Below are positions 38,390 to 51,991 of a stretch of DNA of 64,000 nucleotides, in pieces. The position numbers were made by a program, and so were the translations under genes. The notes under the pieces are model-generated. The model did not search any database, was not told the DNA's origin, and saw nothing but the letters and a program-made list of their open reading frames with translations. Source of the stretch: Flaccisagitta enflata (taxonomy: Eukaryota); NCBI GenBank assembly GCA_965153355.1, contig OZ231126.1:13516001-13580000 (forward strand), read 5' to 3'. Each line of letters starts with the position of its first letter. The first letter of the stretch is position 1.

Positions 38390-39795
38390 TGTCATCCTGC
38401 GCCCAGAAATCGTTACAAAAGGGCTTGAATGTCTGCTGCATGTGACCTGGTATTATTGCACCCAGAAATCGTTATAATTTGGCTTGAATTTCTGCGGCAT
38501 GTGGCCTTGTATTATCGCGCCCAGTAATTGTCACAAATTGGCTTGAATGTCTGCTGCATGTAGCCTTGTATCATTGCAATCGGAAATCGTTATAAATTGG
38601 CTTGAATGTCTGCTGCATTTGGCCTTGTATTATTGCACCCAGAAATTGTTATAAATTGGCTTGAATGTCTGCTGCATGTGGCCTTGTATTATTGCGCCCA
38701 GAAATTGTTATAAATTGGCTTGAATATCTGCTGAATGTGGCCTTCTATTATTGCGCCCAGAAATTGTTATAAATCGGCTTGCATATCTGCTGAATGTAGC
38801 CTTGTATTATTGCACCCAGAAATTGTTATGAATTGGCTTGCATATCTGCTGCATGTGGCCTTGTATTATTGAGCCCAGAAATTGTTATAAATTGGCTTGA
38901 AAATCTGCTGCATGTGGCCTTCTATTATTGCGCCCAGAAATTGTTATAAATTGGCTTGAATATCTGCTGAATGTGGCCTTGTATTATTGCACCCAGAAAT
39001 TGTTATGAATTGGCTTGAATATCTGCTGAATGTGGCCTTCTATTATTGCGCCCAGAAATTGTTATAAATCGGCTTGAATATCTGCTGAATGTGGCCTTGT
39101 ATTATTGCACCCAGAAATTGTTATGAATTGGCTTGAATATCTGCTGAATGTGGCCTTGTATTATTGCGCCCCGAAATTGTTATAAATTGGCTTGAATATC
39201 TGCTGAATGTGGCCTTGTATTATTTCACCCAGATATCGTATTAAATCGGTTTGAATATCTGCTGCATGTGGCCTTGTATTATTGCACCTGGAAATTGTTA
39301 TAAATTGGCTTGAATATCTGCTGCATGTGGCCTTGTATTATCGCGCCCAGAAATTGTTATAAATCGGCTTGAATGTCTGCTGCATGTGGCCTTGTATTAT
39401 TGCACCCAGATATCGTTATAAATTGGCTTGAATGTCTGCTGCATGTGGCCTTGTATTATTGCGCCCAGAAATTGTTATAAATTGGCTTGAATATCTGCTG
39501 AATGTGGCCTTGTATTATTGCACCCAGAAATTGTTATAAATTGGCTTGAATATCTGCTGCATGTGGCCTTGTATTATTGCACCCAGATATCGTATTAAAT
39601 CGGTTTGAATATCTGCTGCATGTGGCCTTGTATTATTGCACCCAGATATCGTTATAAATCGTCTTGAATATCTGCTGCATGTGGCCTTGAATTATTGCAC
39701 CCAGATATCATTATAAATCGGCTCAAATATCTGCTGCATGTGGTCTTGTATTATTGCACCCAGATATCGTATTAAATCGGTTTGAACGTCTGCCG
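38390..39795. repeat. 59-bp tandem satellite, about 24 copies
   Basis: Unit CCCAGAAATTGTTATAAATTGGCTTGAATATCTGCTGCATGTGGCCTTGTATTATTGCR repeats at 59-nt spacing. Confidence 0.95.
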
Positions 39796-40334
39796 CGGAT
39801 CGAAAATTGTTTATGGGACAACCGTCCGCGTTCGTCATTGAATGACTCAGACGGTTGAACGCCCTTCAAACTATTTTGACAAAGCATTCTTTTTTTTTTC
39901 TTTTTTTGAAATGCACGCGCAATGATGTGACGAAAGAAAACCCATACGAACGGTTGAATCTACTGGTCCAGATAACGTATCATATTCCATTCATGGTGTT
40001 AAATGCGCTTTATCTTGCGTTTTGAAATGTAACAACCTCTCGCAATCATCATTAACTAAATGAACATCCCCTCACTGATCATAAAAGCCCAGTTTTGTCT
40101 ATCTATTCGTCTGTCCGTCTACCCACTAGCAAACCATCGTTCTTTCCTTACAACAGTCACTGTGGTCACTCCCCATTTTTCGGAGGAATGAACAGATTTG
40201 AAGAATGCTCCACCGAGTTGTTTTTTTTTCATTTTTCTTTTTCCCTCTTTTTGTCTTTTTGTGAATTGCTTTAGCAATTTACTTTAGTACCACCCCATGA
40301 CTCTACTTTTTTTTTTCTTTTTCTTTTTCTTTTT

Positions 40335-40520
40335 GAGGGTTTATCTTTTTGCCGTTTTTCCCCTACATGTACATTGGGTTTTGTCTCTCTGCCGTCTTTC
40401 CCCTACACTGGGTTTTGTCTCTGTGCCATCTTTCCCCTACTCTGGGTTTTATCTTTTTGTCGTCTTTCCTCTATACTGGGTTTGGTCTCTCTGCCGTCTT
40501 TGCCCTATACTGGGTTTTAT
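40335..40520. repeat. Degenerate tandem repeat of about 33 bp (CTGGGTTTTGTCTCT...CCCTACA)
   Basis: About five imperfect copies, with related units near 41418-41495. Confidence 0.7.
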
Positions 40521-42077
40521 TACCAGTAAAGGCGGCTCTCGCCATAGAAAAAAAGTCGTAAGTGTGAGGTTTTGGATTTCTTGTGATTGTGTTTTGTCTG
40601 GTTGATTGTTTTTTTTTCCCCGGGCATCTTTTTGGTTTGTTCCACTCTCTACATGTGTTTCTCTGTTTGTTCTTTGTTTGCTCGTCTCTTTTTCTCTTTC
40701 TCTCTCTCTTTCTCTTTCCCATTCTTATTTTCTCTCTCCCCTTCTCTCTCTCTCCCTGTCCCCTTCTCCCCTTCTCTCTCTCTCCCTGTCCCCTTCTCTC
40801 ATGTAACATGGGGTTACAATATTGTTACGGACAGGTGGACAGAGGCATCAACCCCATCCACACTCCTTTCCCAACCCCCACACACAAGCATCTAGACCAC
40901 TTGTTTTTCCACTTTTTCACTTGGAGGCGAACAGGCACTTTTAACAGACCAATGGATGGACTGACGGACAAAACCTCTCCTAGCGTCCAGAGTTGAAATG
41001 AGAGAAAAACTGCGCTGCGAGGATACACAATCATCACCTGGGACATTTCAATATTCAAATAGAGCAACTAACTCAATTCCCTGATTTATGGGAAAAATGC
41101 AAAAGTAAAAAAAAATATAAAAAAGAATTTAAAAATCATAGCTCCAAACATCTATGGCTCAAAACTATCGATCGCACAGAATTCTGCTTGAAATCATCTG
41201 AAAGAGAGGGATTAGTTCTTTTTAGCTCTTTTAATTTCCTCGTAGTCCCCATTTTGTCAGAAATTATCAACTTGCTCAAACGCCTCTTAAAACAAAGAAA
41301 TCCGTTTTCCTCTGCAGGACTCAAAAGACAAGAAGGGACTTCGTCTCTTCGACTTTTTTCCAATGAATTGCATTAGCAATTCACTTTAGATTTTTGACTC
41401 ATCTGTTTTTCTCATATACTGGGTTTTGTGTTTATGCAGTTTTTCCCCTACATAGAGTTTTGTCCTCATATTTGATTTTTTATACTAGGTTTTATTTCTT
41501 TGCATTCTAACTTTTTAAATTCGTTTTGATATTTTGATATTTCATTGAAAAATTAATCTTAATTAAAAACAACATATTAAACACCTGCAATTCACATCTT
41601 TTGGCGACAGCCACTGGTTTTGTCTTTTTTTCACTCTGCGAAGAAAAAACGCAAGCGAAGTAAGAAGTTTTCAGCCCATGCAACTCTCCGCAATATTGTT
41701 GGGAAGCGATGAATCGCTCGAATCGCTCGATCGTGCGGCTTTTTGCTTCTTATCTTACTTTTTTTTTCTGTTTCATTCGTTTCTTCAAACTTCCTTTTTC
41801 CCAATTTTTTTATCTTTATTTCCCAGTTGTGCCGTCCGTTGGTCGGCGGTCGCGTCGGTCGGTGGTATGGTCGAAAAAAAGCCGGCGTCAAAGCCTGTCA
41901 CGTCGAGAAACTAGCTTAATGCTCATATGTAAAACCTTAATCAAATTCATTGTAATTGTAGTTTGTTTGTAGCAATCGACAGCCTATTTGTGGCAGCGTG
42001 CCAACCCGATCGCGATCGGTGCTCAACCCCTCGTGAAGCCATTTATTTTAAATTCAAAATGGGAAGAAATAACATTG

Positions 42078-42851
42078 TACTATCTTGGAAAAAAAATCAT
42101 CCAGCACGTTTATATGTATATCTCAGGTTAGAATCAACCAATTATCAAAAAATTGGTGAGATAATCAAAGCCCTTTAAATTTGCAAACAATCTACATACG
42201 CAATTCATATCCCTTTAGCTCTATACGTTTAAAGATTAAACAACTTTGATTGAAATACTTCAATTTTGCTTTTTCTATTTCTAGATTTTGAATGAGATCA
42301 ATGTTTTTTAATTTTTTTCTAAATGCATTGAGCTAGACAGATGCGGTTTGCGTAGACTGCTTGCAAATTTGAAGGGCTTCATTTGAGTCACCAATTTTTA
42401 GTCGCGTGCAGACTCTACAACCACTTTATCCGTCGGGTGGAGTCGGTCGGTTGGTCGTCACACTTTACTTTTTTATGATTTTATTTCTTTGACCTCACTG
42501 CTCTTGCCCAAATGGTCTGATGACCGCAGAAATAGCCCCTGCCCACCCGCACGCGACTTCGGTAGCCGTGTATCCGGCCTTGCTCTATGATTCGATGAGT
42601 CTTTTGGTAGCTATGACTGTAAATGTAGCAGAAGAAGTGATAAAAAAAGATTGTGAGGAAGATCTGGAGACCCATAACAACGGAATACATCAAGAAGCTC
42701 TATAAATCGCTTCCCCAACAAATGGCGGCCTTGATTCAGCCAAAAGGAGCTCACACTAATTATTCATAGATTTTTAACTGAATTATATCTGTTTCTATGC
42801 CAATGAATATGTTTTTATCAAAGAGCAGAAGAACTTTTTTCCAAGATAGTA
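42078..42851. mobile_element. MITE with TACTATCTTGG termini carrying a nested Helentron-like element
   Basis: TACTATCTTGGAAAAAA / TTTTTTCCAAGATAGTA; internal inverted arms near 42150-42230 and 42325-42398; family A element at about 42399-42581. Confidence 0.65.
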
Positions 42852-43277
42852 CAATTAAATTCCTTTTACAATTTAGGCGGATAGCCAAATTGTTTTTTGA
42901 AATTGTGGTTTTGCGGGATTTGCTCCTTGTCTTCCCCGCATGCATTAAACAGCGAAATTCTTTCTTTAAAAAAAAGATTTGACATTATTCAGCATTCTGT
43001 GACTCGACCTGTAGCTGTAGCTTTCAAAAAACCATTCTTGAAAGAGCAATTTTTCTTCACGTGCTAACTCATAGGATCTACTCTTTATAAGTTCGATTAC
43101 TTGCAATGAATTCTACAACGTGCGCAACCAACCGTACAAATGGCCAGTAGCCAATGTCACATCGACCTAACATGCTTTCATTTCGATAAAACGTCATGAA
43201 GAAAAAAAAAACAAAGATGAGCGATCAATGAATCTGAAAATAGCGCAACAATTGTGCAACGATTCAAGATTGAATCA

Positions 43278-43330
<53 letters not shown>

Positions 43331-43539
43331 GCAACAGCCCAGCAGCAGCAGCAATAGCAACGCCAAAACAGCAGCAAGCGACAATAGCAGCAACAACAGC
43401 AACAAAAAAAACCACAACAACAGCAACAACAACAACAACGCTAACCAACAGCAACAGCAGCAACCCCAGCAACAGCAACAACCACAACCACAACCACAAC
43501 CACAGCAACAGCCACATACAACTACAACAACAACAACAA

Positions 43540-43592
<53 letters not shown>

Positions 43593-46084
43593 GCAGAAAT
43601 AAGCACAACCACAACAGCGTCAAGGTCAACCATAATTTTCCGCCCAACAAACATTTCTTTTTCTCCTTTCTCCATCGGAATCACATTGGCGTCGGATTTA
43701 AGTGGTTTCTTCAGAAGTCGTGGCCACGCCTCAATAATTTTTCCTTCCCCTTTCATAATTCTTTCTTTCTCCCCCTTCAATTCGTTTCCAATCCAATGTG
43801 CTGATTTTGATGGGGGGAAAAAAGACTATTCGTTGCTCCGTTTTACTGTTTGCCAATCGATTATATGGGTCGGGTAGTCAATTGGTCTATCCGTTGGTAT
43901 GTCATTCACTTTACTTCCTTCTTTCAATCTTTTTCTTCGTAACTAATCAGTAAACATGTCGGTGTTTTATGTTAAAACCAATGATATGTGCATCTTTTTC
44001 TACATACATATTTAGATTTACCAAGTTTCATAACCCTCTTACAACTTCCTGGTAGAGCCGTTTCCCCTCTCCAAATACCGTGGGATTCAATGGAAGCCTC
44101 ATAGCAGAAGTTTGTTGTTCAGCTTTCCACTTCTAACTAGGAAATAAGTACATCACATGTGAAAATTACTGTGAGCTTTGGAAGAGAGCTACACCCAAAG
44201 AAATTGAACTATTGACCGAAGCTTGGTTGTATCTAAAAGTTTAGATAACTCCCCAAAATGAGATGAATATGGCAATTATAGCAATGATAGCATGAATTAT
44301 CAGGATTAAGGGGCACAAGTAGGGAAATGGACACTGTGGTTCTCTTTTTTCAATTAGGTAATCTCTAACCAATTTTGGGCTGAGTTGATGGTCCCGATCA
44401 ATGCCAGAAGACAGCTATAACAATACCCTTCCCCTAAACTATAATCAATTATTGAATATTTTAACTTATTTTTTAAGATATGAAGATATGATGCATTTAA
44501 TAAAAAGTATAGCCTAAGGTATTATGATAGTGTTTCAAAACACCATTTTTAGGTATGTATGTGTATGAAATGGAAGTTTACACTATAAACTATATTTTTC
44601 CAAATTTTCTTCAAGTTATGTTTCCTTTTGAATAATTATGAGATTATATCGGATGAATTGTTGCACATGCAACAAGCAGCACACTTCAAAAATTGATGCT
44701 TCAGTTCAGGTGTAGAAATAATTATTTGCTAGGTAGTATTTCATACTAGGGAAAGGCGGCCCTATTACTTATTAGGATCTTGTCATGGCCAGGAAACATT
44801 ACAAATCTTGTCATGATTATATAAATGATTACAGTCCGTAGAGTAAGATAGTTTTCCGAAAGGTATGATTTTGTCATCCCAACCCTGCTGTTTATCGGTT
44901 TGTCTTTATGACCTTGTCTTTTGACCTTGTCTTTGACCTTGCGTTTTTCCTACATTTTCGCGTGGTTTATAGGGTTTTTACACTTGTTTAGTCGCGTGCT
45001 ACGCGACTCTACATATCACTTTGTCTTTCGGCCCGTTGCACGCGTTGGTCTGTCGGTCTGTCGGTTCGTCACACAACTTCACTTCCCTGCGTATTTGAAT
45101 CGAAGGAAAGAAAGTTAGGGGGATAAAAGTTTCCTTTGTTCATTTTTCTTGCACTTTCGCTTTTTTTGTCATCCTTGTGACGTTGTTCTCCTGATCTTGT
45201 TTTTTAGAATTCAATAGAAATTCTTACTCCCAAATTCATTTGAATCTGAATTTTTCAGTTTATCAGGGTGGAATACGTGCACCCATGCAAAGTTCAATTG
45301 CAGTCTTTCCTTAAGATGCTGATGTTGATTCCATGGGTTCCTGCTTCTCATGCTGTGTTTGTGCCATTCCATCGCTAAGACGTCCAATCCCTTTCTAAAT
45401 GTTGTTCACGTATCTCAAAACAGAGTACGCTGTGACACCTCTTCCTCCCACCCCACTGCCCGCGACCTGCTCAGAGCGATTTCCTCAACCCATCCGACTT
45501 TTCCTTAACCGTGATGTATGAGACTTTAATTTCCTTTTTTTCCTTCTGGCGAAATTCTTTTTGCATTCATGAGGCAAACGGAAACAAAATTGTTTTCTTC
45601 AACTCGGAATCGAAAATGGAGAAATTCTCTTGAATCTTAATTTCCTTTTGTTTTTTATTTTCTCTCCTTTTGTTTTCATTTGAAAAAAAAAAGAACATTT
45701 CTGCAACTTTTCCGCTTCACCAATGTTAAGAAAATATCTTTCCTTCATATGTCATTTGAAACTCCTCTTTGAGTTTGTGTCGGGCGGTTTGTCTGTGCTT
45801 GTGTCCATCCGCCCTCTTAGCCCCGCTACGCCCATGCCTAGTAAAAGATACATTCATTTGCCGTTTGGTCAACATTATCTATTTTCGTGGTCTGCATTTC
45901 TCAGTGGCACCACCACATTTTGCACCATCGCCATAAAGACTCCAATGCTCAGTTTTAATTTGTCTCAATGCGCAACTGCGTTTGTTGGTCAATCTTTCTC
46001 TCTTTTCTGTTTGTCTCAGCTCACCGCTCTCTGTGTCTTCTTCATAACCTGTCAGTCTTTTTCCGTGTTTCTGTCAGTCTGCGT

Positions 46085-46177
<93 letters not shown>

Positions 46178-46281
46178 CTCCAATTTTCAGTGTATTTATG
46201 ACCATCGCTTAATTTCTGAGACTTTCCAATAAAATCAACAATTCCACTAATTGCGTGCCAATAAATTTCTCCCCCACCAGA

Positions 46282-46494
46282 ATGGCGACGTATTACGACA
46301 AGGCGTTTGACTTGGCTTCCACGGAGGAGCGTTTCCACGTGGTGCGGCCATGGTGGGATCTCATGTCCCAGATCACGATTCAGTTTTCCATGATTATCGC
46401 CGTCACTTCCATCTCGCTCGACGTCTTCTCTCAGTTCGGAACTGGAGTCAAATGCATCCCGAGAAATGTCACCCACGCACATGGCATTCAACAG
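46282..46494 (+). CDS. LRRC8: First coding exon of an LRRC8-like (volume-regulated anion channel, pannexin-like TM domain) subunit
   Basis: MATYYDKAFDLASTEERFHVVRPWWDLMSQITIQFSMIIAVTSISLDVFSQFGTGVKCIPRNVTHAHGIQQ parallels the LRRC8 N-terminus (YRILKPWWD, TM1, then C-L-P), with an N-glycosylation sequon NVT; CAG|GTTAGT donor, phase 0; a CAG acceptor lies just before the ATG. Confidence 0.8.
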
Positions 46495-47048
46495 GTTAGT
46501 AGTTTTGCACGCACTTTTCTTGTCTCGAATTTTCTTTTTCCATAGCGTTGGTCGGTCTTTCTTTGAGTATGTCTGTGTTCAGTCGGTTAAACAATTGTTA
46601 ATCGATCTCCGCACAAATCGGGCTTTATGGCTCTTACTGGGCAACGGCCCCAAAAAGGCCCTATTGAGCGCAGGGGTGACCGTGAGTTCCCATATTTTCT
46701 ATCTTGATAAACCCTCCCGGTCAGCTTCTAGGCCTTAGAACGATGATGAAGTTCCGTCTTTTTCCAAAATCCCACATCCTCGTTTACACCTCAAAACGAG
46801 AATCAGTTTTGCTGAATCATACTGATTGTAATTTAAAATCATTTCTGATAAAACATGAAACCGGTTTGCATGTTTTCAAAAGTCAAAGGAAAGTCAAAAT
46901 AACCCGGTGATTCACCAGGTAAAATAACCGGGATAACCGGAAAGAAGTTCCTGACCCCGCAGTGCCTTTGCGTTCGCTTTCTCTATACAATTCATAAATC
47001 CACAAACCCTCTCTGGAGACACACGCATCCACGCACTCTCTCGCCACG

Positions 47049-48416
47049 ATGGTTTTTGCAAAGGCCAACTCTGGCTACGCCATTATCATTACCATCCTCA
47101 CATTGATAATTTCAAACAATCCACGACCGGTGATATCCGCGTTTTACGACGAAGTGCCTCTGGCGCGAGAAACCCCACAAAACGCTTTTTACTACGAGAA
47201 CGGCGACGTGTTGATGGAAGGCCACCCTTTTGAGCTTTTCTGCCCACTTCTCACGCGCGCAAACGAATCCAAGTACGAATATTTCCCGGGACTTTGGTTT
47301 GAATCCAGCGGCAAAAATGAGCCGAAAAACAAAACTCTGCTCATTTTTCCGGATCTCAATACAGCTGGACAGGGCTATAGATGCGGAGGGGAGGAATTCA
47401 ATTGTTCCACATCGGGATGCGGAGACCAGGACGCTCATCACGACAACTGCCATCGATTGTCGCCAAAAGTCCATTTTCTCAACTCTCATCGGCTCAACTA
47501 CGTTCCGTACGAAGCTGAGAGTGTCACCGAGGTACAAATTCCCACGTACCAGCACAAGAGAAAGACCTATGTTAGATTCCGAGTGTATGTCACCATGGAA
47601 ATGGGCGGTGGGGTGTTCCATTGTTCCAACGGCTCGTTACTGACACCCGCGCAAATCGCCAGCTGGTCTCCAAACCCTTCGACGATATCCTCATCGCCGT
47701 CGGTTTTGCAGATGCCGACTACGGAGGGCTTCGTTAAGAACGGCATCCATCAACTGTGGAGTCGATCTATTCACGTCATTCGCTGGAACTCGTTCGATTT
47801 GACCTTACCCGAACAAAATGTTGGTCAGAATTTACAATTTCAGCTCTCGTTGGACGTTAATACGCACACCGACATGAGGCTTGATCTCCATCTCACGAAT
47901 GGAAAAATGATTCAATACATACCTTATGAGGCTCAAAAAGCCGAAGGGACATTTTCGGCCGTTCATGTGGTGGCACACGAGGACTCAGACGCCATCTTTG
48001 TTTGTCGACTAGAATACAGACTCGTCACGGCCAAGGGCCGCCAAGGTGTTTATGTCGCCCATCAGCTTCGTACTTTGCGTTTGGTAGAACCGCCTAATCC
48101 AACAACGCCGGAGCTGACTCCGTCAACTTCTGCAACGAACATCACCGCATCCACGTGGAACACGCCGTGGAATTCGACATCGGCTGAACCAGCAACCATC
48201 ATACCCTCATTAGAGACGCCAACGGCTAAACCTACCACCAATAAGCTGGAAACGAAGATGCCCAATCCAGAACCAACCACCATGATGCCCGCTTCTGAGA
48301 TGCCTACATCAGCAGCCAAAATGAATTCATCCAAAGCTGGGCCAAGCATCATCACACTCACATCGGACATGCCTACCGTCTCTTCTCAGCCGCCATCGCG
48401 TTCATCAACGATGGAG
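47049..48416 (+). CDS. Exon 1 of a type-I membrane protein: signal peptide, probable Ig-like domains, Ser/Thr/Pro mucin-like stalk
   Basis: 475-codon non-repetitive ORF with GCCACGATGG Kozak context and hydrophobic leader. Ig-like motifs FELFCP...W, GVFHC and EDSDAIFVC are followed by a T/S/P-rich stalk. The GAG|GTACCA phase-0 donor is inferred. Confidence 0.85.
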
Positions 48417-48988
48417 GTACCAGTTCTAACAGCAACGCGAGTCGTTTCTACGTTCTTGCTACACTCTCTTGTTTGACTAAGAACCTTTTTCGAAAGAACC
48501 TCAGGGCTCGGATGTAAAGAAAATAACAACAATTTTTAAGAATATTGTCAGCCTCAAAACAGGGAGGAATGTAAAAACACCCATACTTGATTTGCTCTAG
48601 GCTTATGAAGGAACTGCAGTAAACAAAAAGAGTCGTGACTGCATGATCATAACGGCTGACTGCAAACAGCTTTACATATAAATTTGATTTGTTTGAGATC
48701 AATATTTTGGTTCTTATATCCTTTCAATTGGCGATTAGAGTTAGGTTACCACATAAAAGGATATTCTTATTCAAGCTGGCGATTAGAAAAGTAAGAACGC
48801 CCAAAAACAATTTTAATTCGAATTAAAAACACCGAGCCTCGGGAAAAAATGACATGCTCTTATAAAAAGATATTAGTGCATGATTCAATCAACGAGCACT
48901 AAATAGAGATAAGATAATTGGAAGTTTTGTCCCAAATTCATCATCTTGTCCAATTCCTTCAACTGAACTTGATTTCTGATTGAATTAG

Positions 48989-49333
48989 GAAATCATCGCG
49001 CCGCAATCAACCAAGTCGTCGGGAAGCACAACGGACTCAGTGGAATCTCCCGTCAAGTCAGCATTGTCAGAATCCATCCTGATTGTCATCATTGTTGCTG
49101 TCGCCTTCGTCGTCGCTATTTTCGCCATTGTTGGTCTCGTCTGTTTCTTCATGATCAAAGTCCTTAAAAAGTTGAAAAAGTTTTCAAGAAACAACGATGA
49201 TGATGATGATAACAACAATATCATAATGAACGACTACTGCGTACACGGGTGGCTATCAAAGGGAGATGAAACAGATAGAGAAAGTGTCAAAAGCGTCAAA
49301 AGCGACCACACTTCCGTAACAATCATCAGTTAA
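48989..49333 (+). CDS. Exon 2 of the type-I membrane protein: transmembrane helix and cytoplasmic tail
   Basis: TTAG acceptor, phase 0. Encodes EIIAPQSTKSSGSTTDSVESPVKSALSES, TM segment ILIVIIVAVAFVVAIFAIVGLVCFFMI, basic stop-transfer KVLKKLKK and a tail ending HTSVTIIS*. Confidence 0.8.
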   Translation, partial: EIIAPQSTKSSGSTTDSVESPVKSALSESILIVIIVAVAFVVAIFAIVGLVCFFMIKVLKKLKKFSRNNDDDDDNNNIIMNDYCVHGWLSKGDETDRESVKSVKSDHTSVTIIS

Positions 49334-50898
49334 ACTTAAACATCTGTGTTTTTTTAGAATCACCTGGTCTCATCAATTTACTGTCGTTGGATTTTTTTAA
49401 AAGAACAAGGCCGGATACACAACTACCAAAATCGCGCGTCGCGGGTGAGCAGAGCCATGTTAAAAACCGCATCCATCATTGAACTTAGAGCAGTAAAACC
49501 AAAGACCGCAAAAGCAAAAAAAGTAAAGTGTGGCAGCGGACGACGGACCCGATTGACGGGACAGACGGACAAAGCGGGTTGTAGAGTCGCGTAGCACGCG
49601 ACTAAAAATGGAACCGTATCAACCACTTTACTCCAGCTGTATTCCTCATGGTAGCATATCTGAACTATATGAAGAAAGTTTTATGAATAAGACAGGGGGC
49701 GTAAGGAAGAACGGATTTTTAGTTAAGAACCAAATGGACAGAGTGGAGAGATTTTTTTTCTCCATAACTTAATCGGTTTTTGGGCAGCGGCCCCGAAGGG
49801 GCAGAAGGCCTATGCTTTCACACATAGGGAAATTTTTCCTTCTCCGTCCACCCCATTAAGCTCATATCCTGTTGTGGGGCCCAAATCCTGGTCTTGAGGC
49901 CCAAATCCTAGTCTCAAAAATCCCAGATTCTGGCCTCAGGCCAAATCCCTGGCCTTGTGGTCAAATCCCTCAGCCTTAGGCTCAAATCTGGCAACGGGCT
50001 CCGTCAACCTTGAGGCTCAAATCCCAACGCGGGGCTCCGTCCCAGGATCTGTGAGCCCATGTCCAGCCTCAGCCTCAATCCCAGCCTTGAACTCAAATCT
50101 GTAGCCTCATAGCTCAAATCCAAGCCTCAAGCCTCGTCCAGCCTCCAGGTCTCCGTCACAGCCTAGGGCTCAAGTCAAATCAAAGCCTCGGGGCTCAAAT
50201 CCTGAACTCATGACTCAAATCACAGCAGCCAGGGGCTCAAATCCCATTATTGATGCTAAATTCAACCCTGGAGCTTCAAACTTGCAAGCTTGTAGGTGTC
50301 GACCCCTTAGGGAGCCGCTGCCCCTCTCTGTCACACACCCCACATATATTCACATAGGGGCAACGGGTACCGCTGACCATGTAACGCTTTTGCGACTATT
50401 TCTACTCTCCCAAGCTTTCCTTCCCATTCCCTGTATTGTATTTAGCCATATCGTCCGTGCCATCGCTTTGTTTTCTTATCCCACTTCCGATTATGAATCA
50501 TTTCCAGAGTGGACATTAATAGGAGGTAAACCCAGTGTCAGTGAACCTATCTATTTCTACAAAATAAAAAATCCTTTTTGCGACAACAGATGGTCATAAA
50601 TCAGACTGCCATATGGAAGTGGGCATTACGTTATAGTAGATACAGGTTCCTGGGTCTGTCACCTTTTCATACCCGGCCTGCTGTACAGACAATGCCAGTT
50701 TTTCTGTTGTAGTTTCTGATGACATTCGTGGACATAGTTACAGCAATTAGCAACGCATTTTGAGCTTGGTTTCGGGCAGGGTAAACCTGATTATGTACCA
50801 TGCCTTCTTTTTAACACATCTTTGGTTGCATGGTATTTTAAACTAATTGTCTAACCAGATTGGCCTGAACTGGAGCGTCATGCGTCACTCACTGAACA

Positions 50899-51343
50899 CT
50901 GAGCCGGATCAAGCTACCGCGAGGCCTAAGGCTTAAGACCCACCGCGGGGCCCCCTTAGCCCTCCCCCTTGCTTCCCCCAAAACTTGCTGTCACCCTTCT
51001 TTCTAGTGGATATAAACTAGAAAGGCATTTATCTTTCTAAGCTTATAAACCTAATTAAAAAAAAAGAGATCATAAGTTGAATGTAGAAAATCAAGATGAC
51101 AGCAGAAAAAAAGTTGTTTTTTTTTTTTTACCCTTCTTTCTTTCTTGTTTTCTTTCATTCATTTTAATTTTTTTATTATTTCTTTTTTTCTTTTTCCCCT
51201 TTTTCTTTCCCCTTTTTTCCCCCTTCGTCTTGTCTCTTTTTCCCCTTCCCTTTTTTTATAAGGGCTAGGCTGTACCGCGGGGCCCCCCTTACCGCGGGGC
51301 CTAAGGCTTAAGCCTTATAAGCCTAATGGATGATCCGGCTCAG
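50899..51343. mobile_element. hAT-type MITE
   Basis: TIR CTGAGCCGGATC / GATCCGGCTCAG; 8-bp TSD ACTGAACA at 50891-50898 and 51344-51351; subterminal CCGCGGGGCC repeats. Confidence 0.85.
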
Positions 51344-51358
51344 ACTGAACATACTTAC

Positions 51359-51991
51359 TAGCCTGTACCTAAATGACAAAAAGCAATGAAATTAACATTC
51401 TACGAGCAGATCATGTTATGGGATTGCCTCAGGCTTCTATTGAAATCCATTATGGCTTTGAAATTCTACTTCCAGGTGGCCGCACCTTACCTTCTATTTT
51501 CCTTACCACTATAGAAAATTCAAAATTTCAAAATACTAAAATTCTAATTCTGTCTGCAGATTTGGAATCTGCAGAAAAAAGTGTTTTCCTTTTTTTGATA
51601 TTCTAATCAGAAGGTGGTCAAAAGTGCTGTCAAAAATCGCGAAATATACTTTTCTTTTTAATTTTTTAGTAAAATTGTTAAACTTACCTATTTTAAGAAT
51701 CTTTTGCATGGATTTTGATAATGATCCTGAAGGAATTTTGAAAAAAGAAAAAGAACTTTCAACAGACAGTTTTTCATGCAGATTTCAAATCTGCTGTCAA
51801 AAGTTTGATTTGAGCAATTTGAAATTTTTGGCTTTATATCAACCCATGGAAAGTTCAAGGTAAGGCGAGGAAACCAAGATGTAAACTTTTAAAGCTGAAA
51901 ATGATGACAATAGAGGCCCAAGACAGCTCCACAACATAAACTGCTCATAGAATTTTGATTTTTTTGGATATAGTCATTTCAGTACAGGCTA
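51359..51991. mobile_element. Palindromic MITE
   Basis: TAGCCTGTAC...AAATGAC / GTCATTT...GTACAGGCTA; internal arms similar to the core of 31299-31929. Confidence 0.65.

Noticed and set aside
38390-39795. CRISPR array candidate
   Set aside because: Head-to-tail 59-bp units with no variable spacers.
43178-43877. polyQ/polyN ORFs
   Set aside because: CAA/CAG tract open on both strands; no recognisable domain or splice pair.
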